A stretch of 64,000 bases of DNA from Candidatus Omnitrophota bacterium (GTDB lineage Bacteria; Omnitrophota; Gorgyraeia; Zapsychrales; JANLHA01), in assembly GCA_023247795.1 (NCBI GenBank), contig JAHFFT010000009.1:578-64577 (forward strand), in the 5' to 3' direction. Under the pieces are notes generated by a model. That model saw nothing but the letters and a program-made list of their open reading frames with translations. It had not been told where the DNA came from and did no database searches. The stretch's first letter is position 1. Every line of letters begins with the position of its first letter. Positions 27,161-37,805 of the stretch are shown in pieces. The position numbers were made by a program, and so were the translations under genes.

Positions 27161-27637
27161 CTAAAGGGCCTGCCCTCCGTAGGGTTTCCAGGTTTTGCTT
27201 TGCGGATCATAAATGACTTTCGGACATTGCTCCATGGGCAAACCATCTTCAAGCGGCCAGGCCGTTGCTTCCAGTTTGTTCCCGTCGAGATCATAAAAAT
27301 AAAGTGACCAAGATTTCGAACGTTTTTTCGCGAATTCAATTTTGACCCTATGAGACTCAAGTTGATTGATAAACCCATCAAAATCTTTGGCTGCCACCCG
27401 AAAAGAAAAATGGTTCGCGCCAAGACCTTCATTAGCAAAAGGGTGATGCTGATCAAAATCTTTCGCTTGTATGACCCCCAATAGCGACGGGCCACAATCT
27501 AAAAAATATTCAACACCCGGCTTGGAAGGTTCCCGCTCAGTGATTTTCAAACCCAAAACCTTGGTATAAAATGCAACGGTCTTGTCGAGATCGCGAACGT
27601 TTAAGGCCACATGATCAATCCCTTGAATCCTGATCAT
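27161..27637 (-). CDS. VOC/glyoxalase family protein
   Basis: IDHVALNVRDL..FY, HFSF, YFYDLDGNKLE. Confidence 0.9.
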   Translation of the reverse strand: MIRIQGIDHVALNVRDLDKTVAFYTKVLGLKITEREPSKPGVEYFLDCGPSLLGVIQAKDFDQHHPFANEGLGANHFSFRVAAKDFDGFINQLESHRVKIEFAKKRSKSWSLYFYDLDGNKLEATAWPLEDGLPMEQCPKVIYDPQSKTWKPYGGQAL

Positions 27638-28437
27638 AGCTTTATTGTCCGTTCGATTTTTCTCTGACTGAATAGTACATATTCGGTATATCCGGCCGCC
27701 TTAGCCAGCTGCAACGCTTGACCATAATCCTTACCAACATCTTTGGGATCATGCGCGTCTGAGCCAAAGCAGAGAGCGACTTGACATCGTGCGTAAATTT
27801 TCAAGGCCAACAGCGACGGATAAATCTCTTTAACCGGTTTTCGCAACCCCGAGGTATTGATTTCCACCGCAACACCCGACTCCTTAAAAACCTGTGCGGT
27901 TTTTTCGACTTCCTCAGCTAAAAATGCAGAAGGGCGATGACCAAATTTTTTGACCAAATCCACATGCGCCATAATATCAAACAACTGACTTTGCGCTGAC
28001 TGTCGTAAAAGGGAATAATACTGGCAATAGACCTCGTTGATATCATTCTGGTCCCACTGATCACGTTCCTCCGGGTTATCAAACCCCCAACCCCGGATAA
28101 AATGCACCGAGCCAATCACATAATCATAAGGATAATCCTTGAGGATCGCTTTAGTCTTTTCTTCATAGCCAGGAACAAAATCCGCTTCAATCCCCACTTT
28201 GATCCGCAATTCATTTCGATACTGATCGCGAACCTGTTCAATCATTCGATAGTATTGAGGAAGTTGGTCCATCTTCATCGTTATTCCGGGCAAATCTTTG
28301 ACAACAAAAGGGGCATGGTCGGAAAAACCGATCTCTTCCAACCCAACCTGCAAAGCTTGTTTGGCATATTCTTGCGGAAGGCCTATCGCATGGCCGCAAA
28401 GTGGGGTGTGCATATGATAATCAGCAATGGGGTTCAT
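27634..28437 (-). CDS. Histidinol-phosphatase, PHP (HisJ/HisK) family
   Basis: DYHMHT..CGHA, FSDH, IGSVH, EINTSG, GSDAH. Confidence 0.88.
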   Translation of the reverse strand: MNPIADYHMHTPLCGHAIGLPQEYAKQALQVGLEEIGFSDHAPFVVKDLPGITMKMDQLPQYYRMIEQVRDQYRNELRIKVGIEADFVPGYEEKTKAILKDYPYDYVIGSVHFIRGWGFDNPEERDQWDQNDINEVYCQYYSLLRQSAQSQLFDIMAHVDLVKKFGHRPSAFLAEEVEKTAQVFKESGVAVEINTSGLRKPVKEIYPSLLALKIYARCQVALCFGSDAHDPKDVGKDYGQALQLAKAAGYTEYVLFSQRKIERTIKL

Positions 28438-28559
28438 GATACCTTCCTTCTCGAGGAGGGTACTAAGACGTTTGACACGAAAATTTGACTATGTTAATAT
28501 GCGAATTCGGTTTGTTTTAAGTCAACAAGCACAATGTAACCTATAATAAATTCGAGCGG

Positions 28560-29285
28560 ATGTCAAATACCAAGTCAAAAGTTGCTTTAGTGACTGGCGG
28601 GGCCAAACGGATCGGCCAGGCCATTGCCTTATCCCTAGCGGCGCAAGGATACAGCATTGCCCTTCACTATTACACATCAAAAGCGGCGGCAGAAAAAACA
28701 GCCCAAGCCATTAAAAATTTGAATGTTGATTGCCAAATCTTTCCAGCAGATCTTACCGATTTACAATCAACACAAAATTTTGTCAAACGCGTTTTTACTC
28801 ATTATTCAAAAATCGATGTGCTCGTCAACAATGCCTCGCTGTTTCAACCTTCGACATTGAAGAAGGGGGATCTCAAACAATTTGAAAATGACATGGCTGT
28901 CCACGTTCGGGTCCCATTCCTTTTGATTTCGCAATTCGCCAAAAGGTACAAAGCAGGGAACATCATCAACATCTTGGACACGCGGATCAGCGACGCAAAA
29001 GCCCCGCGCTTCAGTTATCTGCTGGCAAAAAAAGCGCTGGCCGAACTCACAACGATGGCGGCTTTGGAATTGGCTCCAGCCATCCGTATTAATGGAATTG
29101 CCCCTGGATTGATCTTGGCTCCCGAAGGCGAAAAGCAGAGCTATTTGCAACGTCTCACCCAACGGATCCCTTTAAGAAAGAAAGGGGAGTTGCAACACAT
29201 CACACAATCCATCGAGTTTCTTCTCAACAATGACTTTTTAACCGGTCAGATCATTTACGTTGACGGCGGCGAACATTTGATCTAA
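28560..29285 (+). CDS. Pteridine reductase/FolM-like SDR
   Basis: TGGAKRIG, NNAS, YxxxK (YLLAK), VDGG; next to folB and folK. Confidence 0.85.
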   Translation: MSNTKSKVALVTGGAKRIGQAIALSLAAQGYSIALHYYTSKAAAEKTAQAIKNLNVDCQIFPADLTDLQSTQNFVKRVFTHYSKIDVLVNNASLFQPSTLKKGDLKQFENDMAVHVRVPFLLISQFAKRYKAGNIINILDTRISDAKAPRFSYLLAKKALAELTTMAALELAPAIRINGIAPGLILAPEGEKQSYLQRLTQRIPLRKKGELQHITQSIEFLLNNDFLTGQIIYVDGGEHLI

Positions 29286-29296
29286 AGGGGACTCCT

Positions 29297-29656
29297 ATGG
29301 CAAAAATAAGAATCACGGACCTGCATTTGCGAACCATCATCGGCATTTTTGATTGGGAACGAGAACAAAAACAAGACGTCCTCATCAATATTGAAATGGA
29401 ATGTGACATCACAAAAGCAACTCAAACCGATGACATTAAAGACACCGTCGACTATAAAACAATCACAAAAAAAATCATCCAATTCGTTGAACAATCCCAA
29501 TTCTTCCTCTTGGAAAAATTGACCGCCGAGATTTTAGGGATTGTGATGGAAGAACAAAAGGTGATCAAAGCAACGGTCCGCATTGATAAGCCACAGGCAC
29601 TCCGATTCGCCCAATCGGTTTCGGTCGAATTCACAGAACAACGCAAATCAAAATGA
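29297..29656 (+). CDS. folB: Dihydroneopterin aldolase/epimerase (FolB/FolX family)
   Basis: IIGIFDWER, VDYK, LLEKL, KPQALRFA. Confidence 0.85.
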   Translation: MAKIRITDLHLRTIIGIFDWEREQKQDVLINIEMECDITKATQTDDIKDTVDYKTITKKIIQFVEQSQFFLLEKLTAEILGIVMEEQKVIKATVRIDKPQALRFAQSVSVEFTEQRKSK

Positions 29657-30033
29657 ACATCGCGGTCATTGGCCTTGGCTCAAACATCGATCCACAAAAA
29701 AACATCGTTCAAGCCAAAGAGTTGATCCATAAAAATTTTCCCATCATCAAGGCCAGCCAATTTGTTGAGACCACTCCCATTGGTTATCCTGACCAAGCCA
29801 ATTTTTTAAACGGAGCGGTTTTAGTTGAAACGGTCCTTGAACAAACCTCTTTCCAAAGCACCCTAAAAAAAATAGAGCACGCCTTAGGCCGTAAAAGCAG
29901 CAGCAAATTCGGTCCACGCAGCATTGACTTAGACCTCTTGGTCTGGAACGGCAAAATCATTGATCTTGATTTCTACGAGCGTGACTTCATCAAACAATCT
30001 GTCTTAGAATTGCTGCCAAAGGTAAAATTCTAA
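29653..30033 (+). CDS. folK: HPPK (FolK), short form
   Basis: GLGSN, FLNGAV, GPRSIDLDLL. Confidence 0.88.
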   Translation: MNIAVIGLGSNIDPQKNIVQAKELIHKNFPIIKASQFVETTPIGYPDQANFLNGAVLVETVLEQTSFQSTLKKIEHALGRKSSSKFGPRSIDLDLLVWNGKIIDLDFYERDFIKQSVLELLPKVKF

Positions 30034-30035
30034 CA

Positions 30036-30479
30036 ATGTTTATCAATTTTGCCCTCATTGTCGTTATTCTTTCATTCCTCGAATTGCTGGTGACGATGCG
30101 AGTAGGCAGCATTTTAGGGCCAAGAAACGCCTTCTTGTTGATGATTCTGTCCGGAGTTTTAGGGGCTGCAATCATAAAAATCCAAGGCCCCTTGTTGATG
30201 AAAAAACTACAAGATCAACTCAACCAGGATAAAATGCCAAGTGGAGCCTTGCTGGACGGACTCCTCATCATGACTGGGGCGATTCTACTATTGATTCCGG
30301 GATTTCTGAGTGATCTTATGGGACTTTTACTGTTATTCCCTGCCAGCCGTATTGTTATTAAGTACATAACCCGCAATAAGTTACAAAAATTTTTTAAATC
30401 CTCTCAAAGCAAACCCAAAAACTCTCGCAAGCGTTCATCAACCCACTATGATGACATAGAAGACGCTGACTTCCATTAA
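30036..30479 (+). CDS. fxsA: FxsA family membrane protein
   Basis: GAILLLIPGFLSDLMG; C-terminal IEDADF. Confidence 0.85.
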   Translation: MFINFALIVVILSFLELLVTMRVGSILGPRNAFLLMILSGVLGAAIIKIQGPLLMKKLQDQLNQDKMPSGALLDGLLIMTGAILLLIPGFLSDLMGLLLLFPASRIVIKYITRNKLQKFFKSSQSKPKNSRKRSSTHYDDIEDADFH

Positions 30480-30624
30480 TACCCAATAAAACCTCAATAA
30501 ATAACCATCAACTTGTAACCCATTTAATTTTAATATGTTATAAAATATCAACGATTTTGCAAACCCTTCCCAGACCCGCTTTCCTGTGGTATGGTTAACT
30601 AATTGGTATAAAAGGAGGGAAGAG

Positions 30625-31032
30625 GTGTTTAATAACCTTAAGTTGCTTGTTATCGCCATATTGCTGTTTACCAGCACAGCCTATGCCTATGTCAAATACG
30701 GTAGGCAGACAGAACCGGAAGTTCCCCCAGTTGAAACCGGCATGGCGTCTTGGTACTCAAGGACTGATCCCGGAGTCATTGAACGGACAGCCAATAATGA
30801 GATCTTTGATGATCAGGCCTTTACCTGTGCCAAATGGGATGTCCCGTTTCATCAACGGATCAAGGTAACCAATATTGAAAACGGCAAATCGATCGTCGTT
30901 CGCGTCAATGACCGCGGGCCGCACCGCCGCTTAGTCAATGAGGGGCGGGTCATTGATCTTACCAAAAAAGCCTTCTCCAAAATCGCCAACCCTGAAAACG
31001 GGTTGATTAACGTAGAGCTAGAATTTCTTTAA
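30625..31032 (+). CDS. RlpA-family (DPBB) lytic transglycosylase
   Basis: GMASWY, TANNE, VRVNDRGP, RVIDLT; GTG 30625 after AGGAGG. Confidence 0.88.
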   Translation: MFNNLKLLVIAILLFTSTAYAYVKYGRQTEPEVPPVETGMASWYSRTDPGVIERTANNEIFDDQAFTCAKWDVPFHQRIKVTNIENGKSIVVRVNDRGPHRRLVNEGRVIDLTKKAFSKIANPENGLINVELEFL

Positions 31033-31149
31033 ATCCTGCCACAGCGCTATCCATCAAATCAATCCGTAATTTTTATCTTGCAAATGAAGTTTTGATTGTT
31101 ATGATACAAATGACTTTTAACACAATTCATAAAAAGGAAAAATTGACTG

Positions 31150-31890
31150 ATGAATTTTGACAATGAAGTCGTTGTGGTCACGGGGGCAACCCGCGGGATT
31201 GGCAAGGAAATTGCTTTAGAGTTTGCCAACGCCAAAGCCCATGTTATTCTCCTTGGCCGCAACGAAGAAATTCTCTCCTCGACAACCAAAAAAATCCTCG
31301 AAGACGGTTTTAAAAGCGAATATTACCTCTGTGACGTCGCCAACAGCGAAAATGTTCAAGAAACGGTTAAAAAAATTCTTGACAAGCATAAGCGGGTTGA
31401 TATATTGATTAACAACGCTGGCGTCACCAAGGATAATTTGCTGTTACGCATGAAAGAAGAGGACTGGGACGCCGTACTTAACACAAATTTGCGTGGCTGT
31501 TTCAACGTCACAAAGTCTGTCGCAAAGGCAATGTTGAAGAATAGTAAGGGTAAGATCATCAACATTGCGTCGATCATTGGCATTCTCGGAAACGCCGGTC
31601 AGGCCAATTACGCGGCAAGTAAGGCCGGAATCATTGGTTTCACCAAATCGGTTGCCAAAGAATTCGCTTCACGAGGGATTACCGCCAATGTGGTTGCCCC
31701 AGGGTACATCCAAACCGAAATGACTGATCAAATCAAAGCAACAAACCGAGAAGAAATTTTAAAAAGCATCCCTCTCGGTCGTTTAGGAACGACCCAAGAC
31801 ATTGCCGGGGTATGCTTGTTCCTTGCTTCAAAAGAGGCAGATTACATAACAGGGCAAACCATCATTGTTGATGGGGGAATGGCAATATAA
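31150..31890 (+). CDS. fabG: 3-oxoacyl-ACP reductase
   Basis: [22 protein letters not shown]; adjacent to acpP and fabF. Confidence 0.96.
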   Translation: MNFDNEVVVVTGATRGIGKEIALEFANAKAHVILLGRNEEILSSTTKKILEDGFKSEYYLCDVANSENVQETVKKILDKHKRVDILINNAGVTKDNLLLRMKEEDWDAVLNTNLRGCFNVTKSVAKAMLKNSKGKIINIASIIGILGNAGQANYAASKAGIIGFTKSVAKEFASRGITANVVAPGYIQTEMTDQIKATNREEILKSIPLGRLGTTQDIAGVCLFLASKEADYITGQTIIVDGGMAI

Positions 31891-31921
31891 AACCTATTTT
31901 AGGTTAAAAAGGAGGACTTTC

Positions 31922-32161
31922 ATGGCTGTCGAAGAAAAAATAAAATCAATCATCGCTGAACAGTTGGGCGTCAAAGCCGAAGAGGTCACACCTCAAGCGT
32001 CATTCATTGACGATCTTGGAGCGGATTCCTTAGACACCGTCGAATTGATTATGGCGTTGGAAGAAGAATTCGGTGTTGAAATCCCCGACGAAGATGCGGA
32101 AAAGATGACCACGGTTGGTGACGCGATCAGATATATCGAAGAAAAAGCGGCAAAAAAATAA
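31922..32161 (+). CDS. acpP: Acyl carrier protein
   Basis: [12 protein letters not shown]; AGGAGG RBS. Confidence 0.97.
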   Translation: MAVEEKIKSIIAEQLGVKAEEVTPQASFIDDLGADSLDTVELIMALEEEFGVEIPDEDAEKMTTVGDAIRYIEEKAAKK

Positions 32162-32200
32162 ATACCTATCCGCAGTCAGCACTCCAAACCAACATATAAG

Positions 32201-32229
32201 GCCCCGATCATAATCGGGGCTGAATTTTA
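32201..32229 (+). terminator. Putative intrinsic terminator after acpP
   Basis: GCCCCGAT-CATA-ATCGGGGC followed by TGAATTTT. Confidence 0.55.
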
Positions 32230-32247
32230 TTCAGAGAAATTTAGACT

Positions 32248-33492
32248 ATGCAAAAAAGACGAGTCGTTATTACGGGAATGGGTGTGATTTCTCCGGTCGG
32301 GACCGGAAGCGCCAAATTTTGGAAATCATTGGTTGAAGGAAAAAGCGGCATCCGTCCCATCACATCATTTGACGCCAAAGATTTCGAATGCCAGATCGCC
32401 GGCGACGTCATTGATTTTGATCCCTTAACGCATTTCAACACCAAAGACGCGCGGCATTTGGCAAATTTTGTGAAATTTGCCGTTGTCGCCACTCGAGAAG
32501 CCATCGCGAACGCGAAATTGGATTTGCAAAAAACTGACCTTGATCGGGTCGGTGTCCTGATCGGTTCCGGCATTGGCAGTCTGCGTACTTTGCAGGTTGA
32601 ATATGAAAAATTTCTCGAACGCGGTCCCAGCAAGATATCACCCTTTTTTATTCCAAAGCTGATCATCAATGAAGCTTCCGGACAAGTCTCCATTGACACC
32701 GGTGCTCGCGGACCAGCCACTTGTGTTGCCACCGCCTGTGCCACGGCAACAAATGCCATTGGCGATGCCATGCGCTTCATCCAATACGGTGATGCTGATG
32801 TCATTTTCGCCGGCGGGAGCGAAAGTGCTACAACAGTGCTGGGGGTCGGTGGATTTTGCGCGCTCAAGGCCTTGACAAAAAGGAACCATGAGCCAGAAAG
32901 GGCCAGCCGTCCTTTTGAAATGAACCGGGATGGTTTTGTTATGGCGGAAGGTGCTGGTGTTGTTGTTTTAGAAGTTTTGGAACATGCCAAAAAACGGGGC
33001 GCTCCCATTTTGGCCGAACTATGCGGCTATGGCCGCACCTCAGATGCATATCACGTAACCGCCCCAGAATCGACGGGGGCGGGAGCGGCTAAGGCCATGG
33101 CTCTGGCGATCAAGGATGCCGGAATGACTCCCAAAGACATCTCTTACATCAACGCGCACGGTACTTCAACTAAATTGAACGATAAAGTTGAGACGATGGC
33201 GATTAAAACAGTATTTGGTGATATCGCCAAGAAAGTCCCGGTCAGCTCAACCAAATCGATGACTGGGCATCTGCTCGGGGCAGCCGGTGGAGTTGAACTT
33301 GCCGCCTGTGTTTGGGCCTTGAAGGATGACATCATTCCTCCCACCATCAACTACGAAACTCCGGATCCAGAATGCGATCTTGATTATGTTCCTAACACCG
33401 CCCGCAAACTGAAGGTGCAGACAGCGATGAGCAATTCTTTAGGTTTTGGTGGGCACAACGCTTCCATCATCGTAAAAAAATTCCGAGAGTAA
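32248..33492 (+). CDS. fabF: Beta-ketoacyl-ACP synthase II
   Basis: TACAT, NAHGTST, GHLLGA, GFGGHN. Confidence 0.96.
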   Translation: MQKRRVVITGMGVISPVGTGSAKFWKSLVEGKSGIRPITSFDAKDFECQIAGDVIDFDPLTHFNTKDARHLANFVKFAVVATREAIANAKLDLQKTDLDRVGVLIGSGIGSLRTLQVEYEKFLERGPSKISPFFIPKLIINEASGQVSIDTGARGPATCVATACATATNAIGDAMRFIQYGDADVIFAGGSESATTVLGVGGFCALKALTKRNHEPERASRPFEMNRDGFVMAEGAGVVVLEVLEHAKKRGAPILAELCGYGRTSDAYHVTAPESTGAGAAKAMALAIKDAGMTPKDISYINAHGTSTKLNDKVETMAIKTVFGDIAKKVPVSSTKSMTGHLLGAAGGVELAACVWALKDDIIPPTINYETPDPECDLDYVPNTARKLKVQTAMSNSLGFGGHNASIIVKKFRE

Positions 33493-33522
33493 TTCAGCAC
33501 AACGATTTTCGCCTTAACAAAA

Positions 33523-34638
33523 ATGAAAGAAAAAATTTATAAAATAGCTGTTATTCCCGGAGACGGCATCGGGCCAGAAGTCATTCGCGAAGGATGTAAA
33601 GTCCTGGACGTCGTTTCAAAAAAACATTCCTTCCGTTTAGTGAAAACCGAATTTGATTTCGGTGGTGGCCGCTATCTAAAGACCGGACATATTTTATCCG
33701 ATGACGACATCAAAAACTTTAAGAAATTTCAGGCGATTTATTTAGGAGGAATCGGGCATCCTGAGGTGAAACCCGGTATTTTGGAACGAGGGATCTTACT
33801 CAAATTACGTTTTGATTTGGATCAGTACATCAACCTTCGTCCCGTCAGGCTCTATGAAAATGTCGAAACTCCAATCAAAAATAAAAAACCACAGGACATT
33901 GATTACACGGTCATCCGTGAGAATACTGGAGACCTGTATACCGGTGTGGGGGAATTTAAAAACAAAGGCAGCAAAGAGGAAGTGGCGATTCAGTCCATGA
34001 TTTATTCTTACAAACAGGTTGAGCGCTGCGTTCGTTACGCCTTTGAATTCTGCCAAAACCGTCATCAGACCGAACCTTGGCGAGGATTGTCCTCATCAGA
34101 AAAAGGCAAAGGATATATCGGAAAAGTCACGATGTGCGGAAAAACCAATGTCTTGACTTATGTCTTTGACCTTTGGCAAAGGGTGTTTCAAGAAATCGCG
34201 AATGAATTTCCAAAGATTTTAACGGATTATGTCCACGTCGACGCGATGTGCATCTACATGATCGAAGCCCCGGAACGTTTTGATACGATTGTCACCAGCA
34301 ATATGTTCGGTGACATCATCACTGATCTTGCCGCCGTGACCCAGGGCGGAATGGGGGTCGCACCCAGCGGCAATATCAATCCCCACGGGGTCAGCATGTT
34401 TGAGCCGGTCCATGGGACAGCACCTCAATTCACCGGTCAAAATGTCATCAACCCCATTGCCGCTATCGCTAGCGGTGCTATGCTACTGAATCATTTGGGA
34501 GAAAACGCGGCCGCTCAAGAATTGGAAAAGGCCATGCGTACCGTGATTAAAAAAATGAAATCCATGCAGGTTGGAAAGATGGGGATGACGACGTCGCAGG
34601 TAGGTGACGCGATTGTGGAACAACTTTCAAAAAATTAA
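33523..34638 (+). CDS. leuB: 3-isopropylmalate dehydrogenase family
   Basis: PGDGIGPEV, NLRP, NMFGDIITD, FEPVHGTAP; leuB-asd-truA synteny. Confidence 0.85.
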   Translation: MKEKIYKIAVIPGDGIGPEVIREGCKVLDVVSKKHSFRLVKTEFDFGGGRYLKTGHILSDDDIKNFKKFQAIYLGGIGHPEVKPGILERGILLKLRFDLDQYINLRPVRLYENVETPIKNKKPQDIDYTVIRENTGDLYTGVGEFKNKGSKEEVAIQSMIYSYKQVERCVRYAFEFCQNRHQTEPWRGLSSSEKGKGYIGKVTMCGKTNVLTYVFDLWQRVFQEIANEFPKILTDYVHVDAMCIYMIEAPERFDTIVTSNMFGDIITDLAAVTQGGMGVAPSGNINPHGVSMFEPVHGTAPQFTGQNVINPIAAIASGAMLLNHLGENAAAQELEKAMRTVIKKMKSMQVGKMGMTTSQVGDAIVEQLSKN

Positions 34639-34649
34639 AAAAGAAACCC

Positions 34650-35651
34650 ATGAAAAAATATAATGTGGCCATTGTTGGAATCCGTGGGGCTGTTGGATAC
34701 TGCATGTACCAAGTGCTCAAAGAACGAAAGTTTCCGATCAATGAACTGCGCCCGATGTCTTCGAATCCAGACGAATGCCCAAGCTATGAAATCAACGGCA
34801 GAAAAGTTAAAGCCGTGAAACTGAGCCATGACGCTTTTAAAGGAATCGATTTCGCGCTTTTTTCACCAGGGGCGGCGTTGAGCTTGGAATACGCTCCGTC
34901 GGCGGTCAAGGCCGGAGCGATCGTGATCGATAATACCAGTGCCTTTCGAATGGATCCAACGGTCCCGCTGGTTGTTCCAGAAGTTAACCCTCAAGACATC
35001 GAAAAACATAAAGGTCTCATTGCCAACCCTAACTGCAGCACCATTCAAATGGTTGTTGCCCTTAAACCGCTGCATGACTACGCGCGTATCAAAAGGATTG
35101 TGGTCTCGACGTATCAGTCGGTATCCGGGGCAGGCTCTGAGGCGATTGAAGAACTGGAAAAACAAGTGATCAACCGGCAGACTCCACCCAAAGCGTTTCC
35201 GCACCCGATCGCGTTCAATTTGATTCCACAGATTGATGTCGCCATGGACAACTTCTATACCAAAGAAGAAATGAAGATGGTCAATGAAACCAAAAAAATC
35301 ATGGGCGATGATTCGATCCGTGTTACGGCAACCTGCGTGCGGGTGCCGGTGCTTTGGGCGCATTCCGAATCGATCAATATTGAAACTGAAAAGAAATTGA
35401 CAAGAGAAAAAGCAATTGAACTCTTAAGTAAGGCGCCGGGCGTACATATCATCGATGATTTGCGCCACAGCAAATACCCACAACCGCTCGACGTTGCCGG
35501 TCAAGACGACACTTTTGTCGGCCGTATCCGCGAAGATGAGAGCATCAAGAATGGTCTCAATCTTTGGGTTGTCGCCGACAACCTTCGAAAAGGTGCCGCG
35601 ACCAACGCGATCCAGATCGCCGAGGAAATCATCAAAAAACACCAACAGTGA
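34650..35651 (+). CDS. asd: Aspartate-semialdehyde dehydrogenase
   Basis: NPNCST, QSVSGAG, CVRVP, DNLRKGAA. Confidence 0.96.
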   Translation: MKKYNVAIVGIRGAVGYCMYQVLKERKFPINELRPMSSNPDECPSYEINGRKVKAVKLSHDAFKGIDFALFSPGAALSLEYAPSAVKAGAIVIDNTSAFRMDPTVPLVVPEVNPQDIEKHKGLIANPNCSTIQMVVALKPLHDYARIKRIVVSTYQSVSGAGSEAIEELEKQVINRQTPPKAFPHPIAFNLIPQIDVAMDNFYTKEEMKMVNETKKIMGDDSIRVTATCVRVPVLWAHSESINIETEKKLTREKAIELLSKAPGVHIIDDLRHSKYPQPLDVAGQDDTFVGRIREDESIKNGLNLWVVADNLRKGAATNAIQIAEEIIKKHQQ

Positions 35652-35657
35652 TCCCGC

Positions 35658-36422
35658 ATGGAGAAACTCCGCAATTTTAAGCTGACGATCGAATATGATG
35701 GCAGCGAATTCCAAGGGTGGCAACTTCAAAAACAATGTCGGACAGTGCAGGGGGATCTAGAAAACGCTCTGCTCGCTATTTTTAAAAAAAATACGCGGCT
35801 CTATGGTTCTGGACGGACCGACAGCGGTGTCCATGCCAAAGGACAGGTCGCGAATTTCAAGACCATTACCCGTCTGACAACGACCGAACTTTTAAAGGCC
35901 ATCAACGCCCATCTCAAAAAGGATGTTGTTGTTCTGCAACTCGAGGAAACCTCCCAAACGTTTCACGCCCGATATTCGGCCAAACGTAAGACCTATCAAT
36001 ATTGGTTATTGAATCGTACTTTGCGAAGCAGTCTGATCCACGGGCATTCCTTGCACGTTCCATATCCGCTGAACATTCGCAGGATGCGAGAGGCTTCCCA
36101 ATTCTTCATCGGCAAAAACGACTTTCGATCCTTAGCGTCTAAAGACCCCGCTGGTGGCCACGATCAAAATGAAAAAAATACAACACGAACGATTTATCGT
36201 CTGGAAATCAAAAAAAAACATGAGCACCTCCTGATTGAGATCGAAGCTAACGGGTTTCTTTATAAAATGGTCAGAAATATTGTTGGACTACTTTTAGAAA
36301 TAGGTAAGGGGCGCTTGCCAGCAACGGCAGCTAAAACTTTTCTCGAACAAAAAAACCGTGAAGTCCTCGTTAAAAAAACCGCGCCAGCGCATGGATTATA
36401 TCTTTCGAAAGTAGTATACTGA
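35658..36422 (+). CDS. truA: tRNA pseudouridine(38-40) synthase
   Basis: YDGSEFQGWQ, GRTDSGVHA, FLYKMVR. Confidence 0.96.
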   Translation: MEKLRNFKLTIEYDGSEFQGWQLQKQCRTVQGDLENALLAIFKKNTRLYGSGRTDSGVHAKGQVANFKTITRLTTTELLKAINAHLKKDVVVLQLEETSQTFHARYSAKRKTYQYWLLNRTLRSSLIHGHSLHVPYPLNIRRMREASQFFIGKNDFRSLASKDPAGGHDQNEKNTTRTIYRLEIKKKHEHLLIEIEANGFLYKMVRNIVGLLLEIGKGRLPATAAKTFLEQKNREVLVKKTAPAHGLYLSKVVY

Positions 36423-36446
36423 AAATCTGCTTCAACAGGACAAAAA

Positions 36447-37805
36447 ATGGCATCATTTGAAATAGAAAAAATAAAAAAATCCTTGCCAAACTCCTCCGCG
36501 AACTATCGAGTGAATTTGGGATGTCTGTTTTTCTTTTTTGCCACGATGACTTTGCTTCCTAAATTTTTTCCATCAATGGGATCGATCCAGCTGATGTTAC
36601 TCTGCCTTTTGACAACGGTCATTCCTTTATGGCTATACGACCTTTTCATTGTTCAGATATACCGACGACCATCCACCGATCTTCTAACCAAACCAACTCA
36701 ATTCAATAAAGAACGTCTCGTCATCAAATTGATCGGCTTTTACACAACGATCTTCGTTATCCTTTGTTTCTATTACCTCATTGACACGTTTTTCCCGGGC
36801 TCCATGCTGGAGACCTTTTTAAAATTTCTCAATCCTGCCGCGCCATGGTTGATCGTTCTTAGCCCCATCTATTTTTGCAAAATTGACCGCCAACAAAAAA
36901 ATCCTTATGATGAATACTGGCAAATGGGCTGCCTGATAATTGGACGCTGGAGGGACATTGATGCTCAAGTCCTTAAAGAATATATTCGGGTCTGGTTCAT
37001 TAAGGGTTTTTTCACACCTTTTCTTTTTGTCCTCCTTTTAAGATATCTCGAACATAACCTTTCCTTTCATGAAAAGAGCTGGAACTTTTTATCTTTTCAC
37101 GGCTATCTTTTAGATCTATTTTATACTGCTGATGTTATCTATGGTCTCTTAGGATATGTCTTCACTTGTCGGATTTTAGACACCCACATCCGATCCACAG
37201 AACCAACATTTTTGGGATGGCTTGTTTGTTTGATGTGTTATGATCCGCTCAATACCTATTTTGGCATTGGACTGTTTCAATATGACGATGGTCTTCAATG
37301 GCAGCATTGGTTCGCTTTTTTTCCCATCTTTTATTACTTCTACGCGATTGTGATTTTCTTTTTAACGCTTGTTTACGGCCTATCCACAGTGGCCTTTGGT
37401 TATCGCATGTCCAATCTCACTTATCGAGGGCTCATCACGTCCGGACCATACCGCTTTACCAAACACCCAGCCTATGTGTGTAAAGTTGCCAGCTGGTGGC
37501 TCATTTCTTTGCCATTTCTCTCAGTCAGTGGCCCTGGCGTGGCTCTCAAAAACACCCTAAGCCTGTTGTTTATCTCATTCATCTATTACCTACGCGCCCG
37601 AACCGAAGAAAATCATCTTTCCAATTATCCGGAATATGTCGAATACGGGAATTGGATGAACGATCATGGTGTCTTTCGGTCGATCGGCAAATTTCTCCCA
37701 TTCCTAAAATATTCCGAAGAAAAATGTAAGCGCTGGAAAAGTATTGTTTGGTTTAAAAAGAGCGGAGTTAAGACAATTCACTCAAAAATGCCTATAAACC
37801 ATTGA
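36447..37805 (+). CDS. Polytopic membrane protein with ICMT/PEMT-type methyltransferase C-terminus
   Basis: Many TM segments; SNLTYRGLITSGPYRFTKHPAY...RARTEENHL. Confidence 0.8.
   Translation: MASFEIEKIKKSLPNSSANYRVNLGCLFFFFATMTLLPKFFPSMGSIQLMLLCLLTTVIPLWLYDLFIVQIYRRPSTDLLTKPTQFNKERLVIKLIGFYTTIFVILCFYYLIDTFFPGSMLETFLKFLNPAAPWLIVLSPIYFCKIDRQQKNPYDEYWQMGCLIIGRWRDIDAQVLKEYIRVWFIKGFFTPFLFVLLLRYLEHNLSFHEKSWNFLSFHGYLLDLFYTADVIYGLLGYVFTCRILDTHIRSTEPTFLGWLVCLMCYDPLNTYFGIGLFQYDDGLQWQHWFAFFPIFYYFYAIVIFFLTLVYGLSTVAFGYRMSNLTYRGLITSGPYRFTKHPAYVCKVASWWLISLPFLSVSGPGVALKNTLSLLFISFIYYLRARTEENHLSNYPEYVEYGNWMNDHGVFRSIGKFLPFLKYSEEKCKRWKSIVWFKKSGVKTIHSKMPINH

Noticed and set aside
32241-33008. 255-aa antisense ORF over fabF
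   Set aside because: Shadow frame of a conserved gene, with no motifs or RBS.
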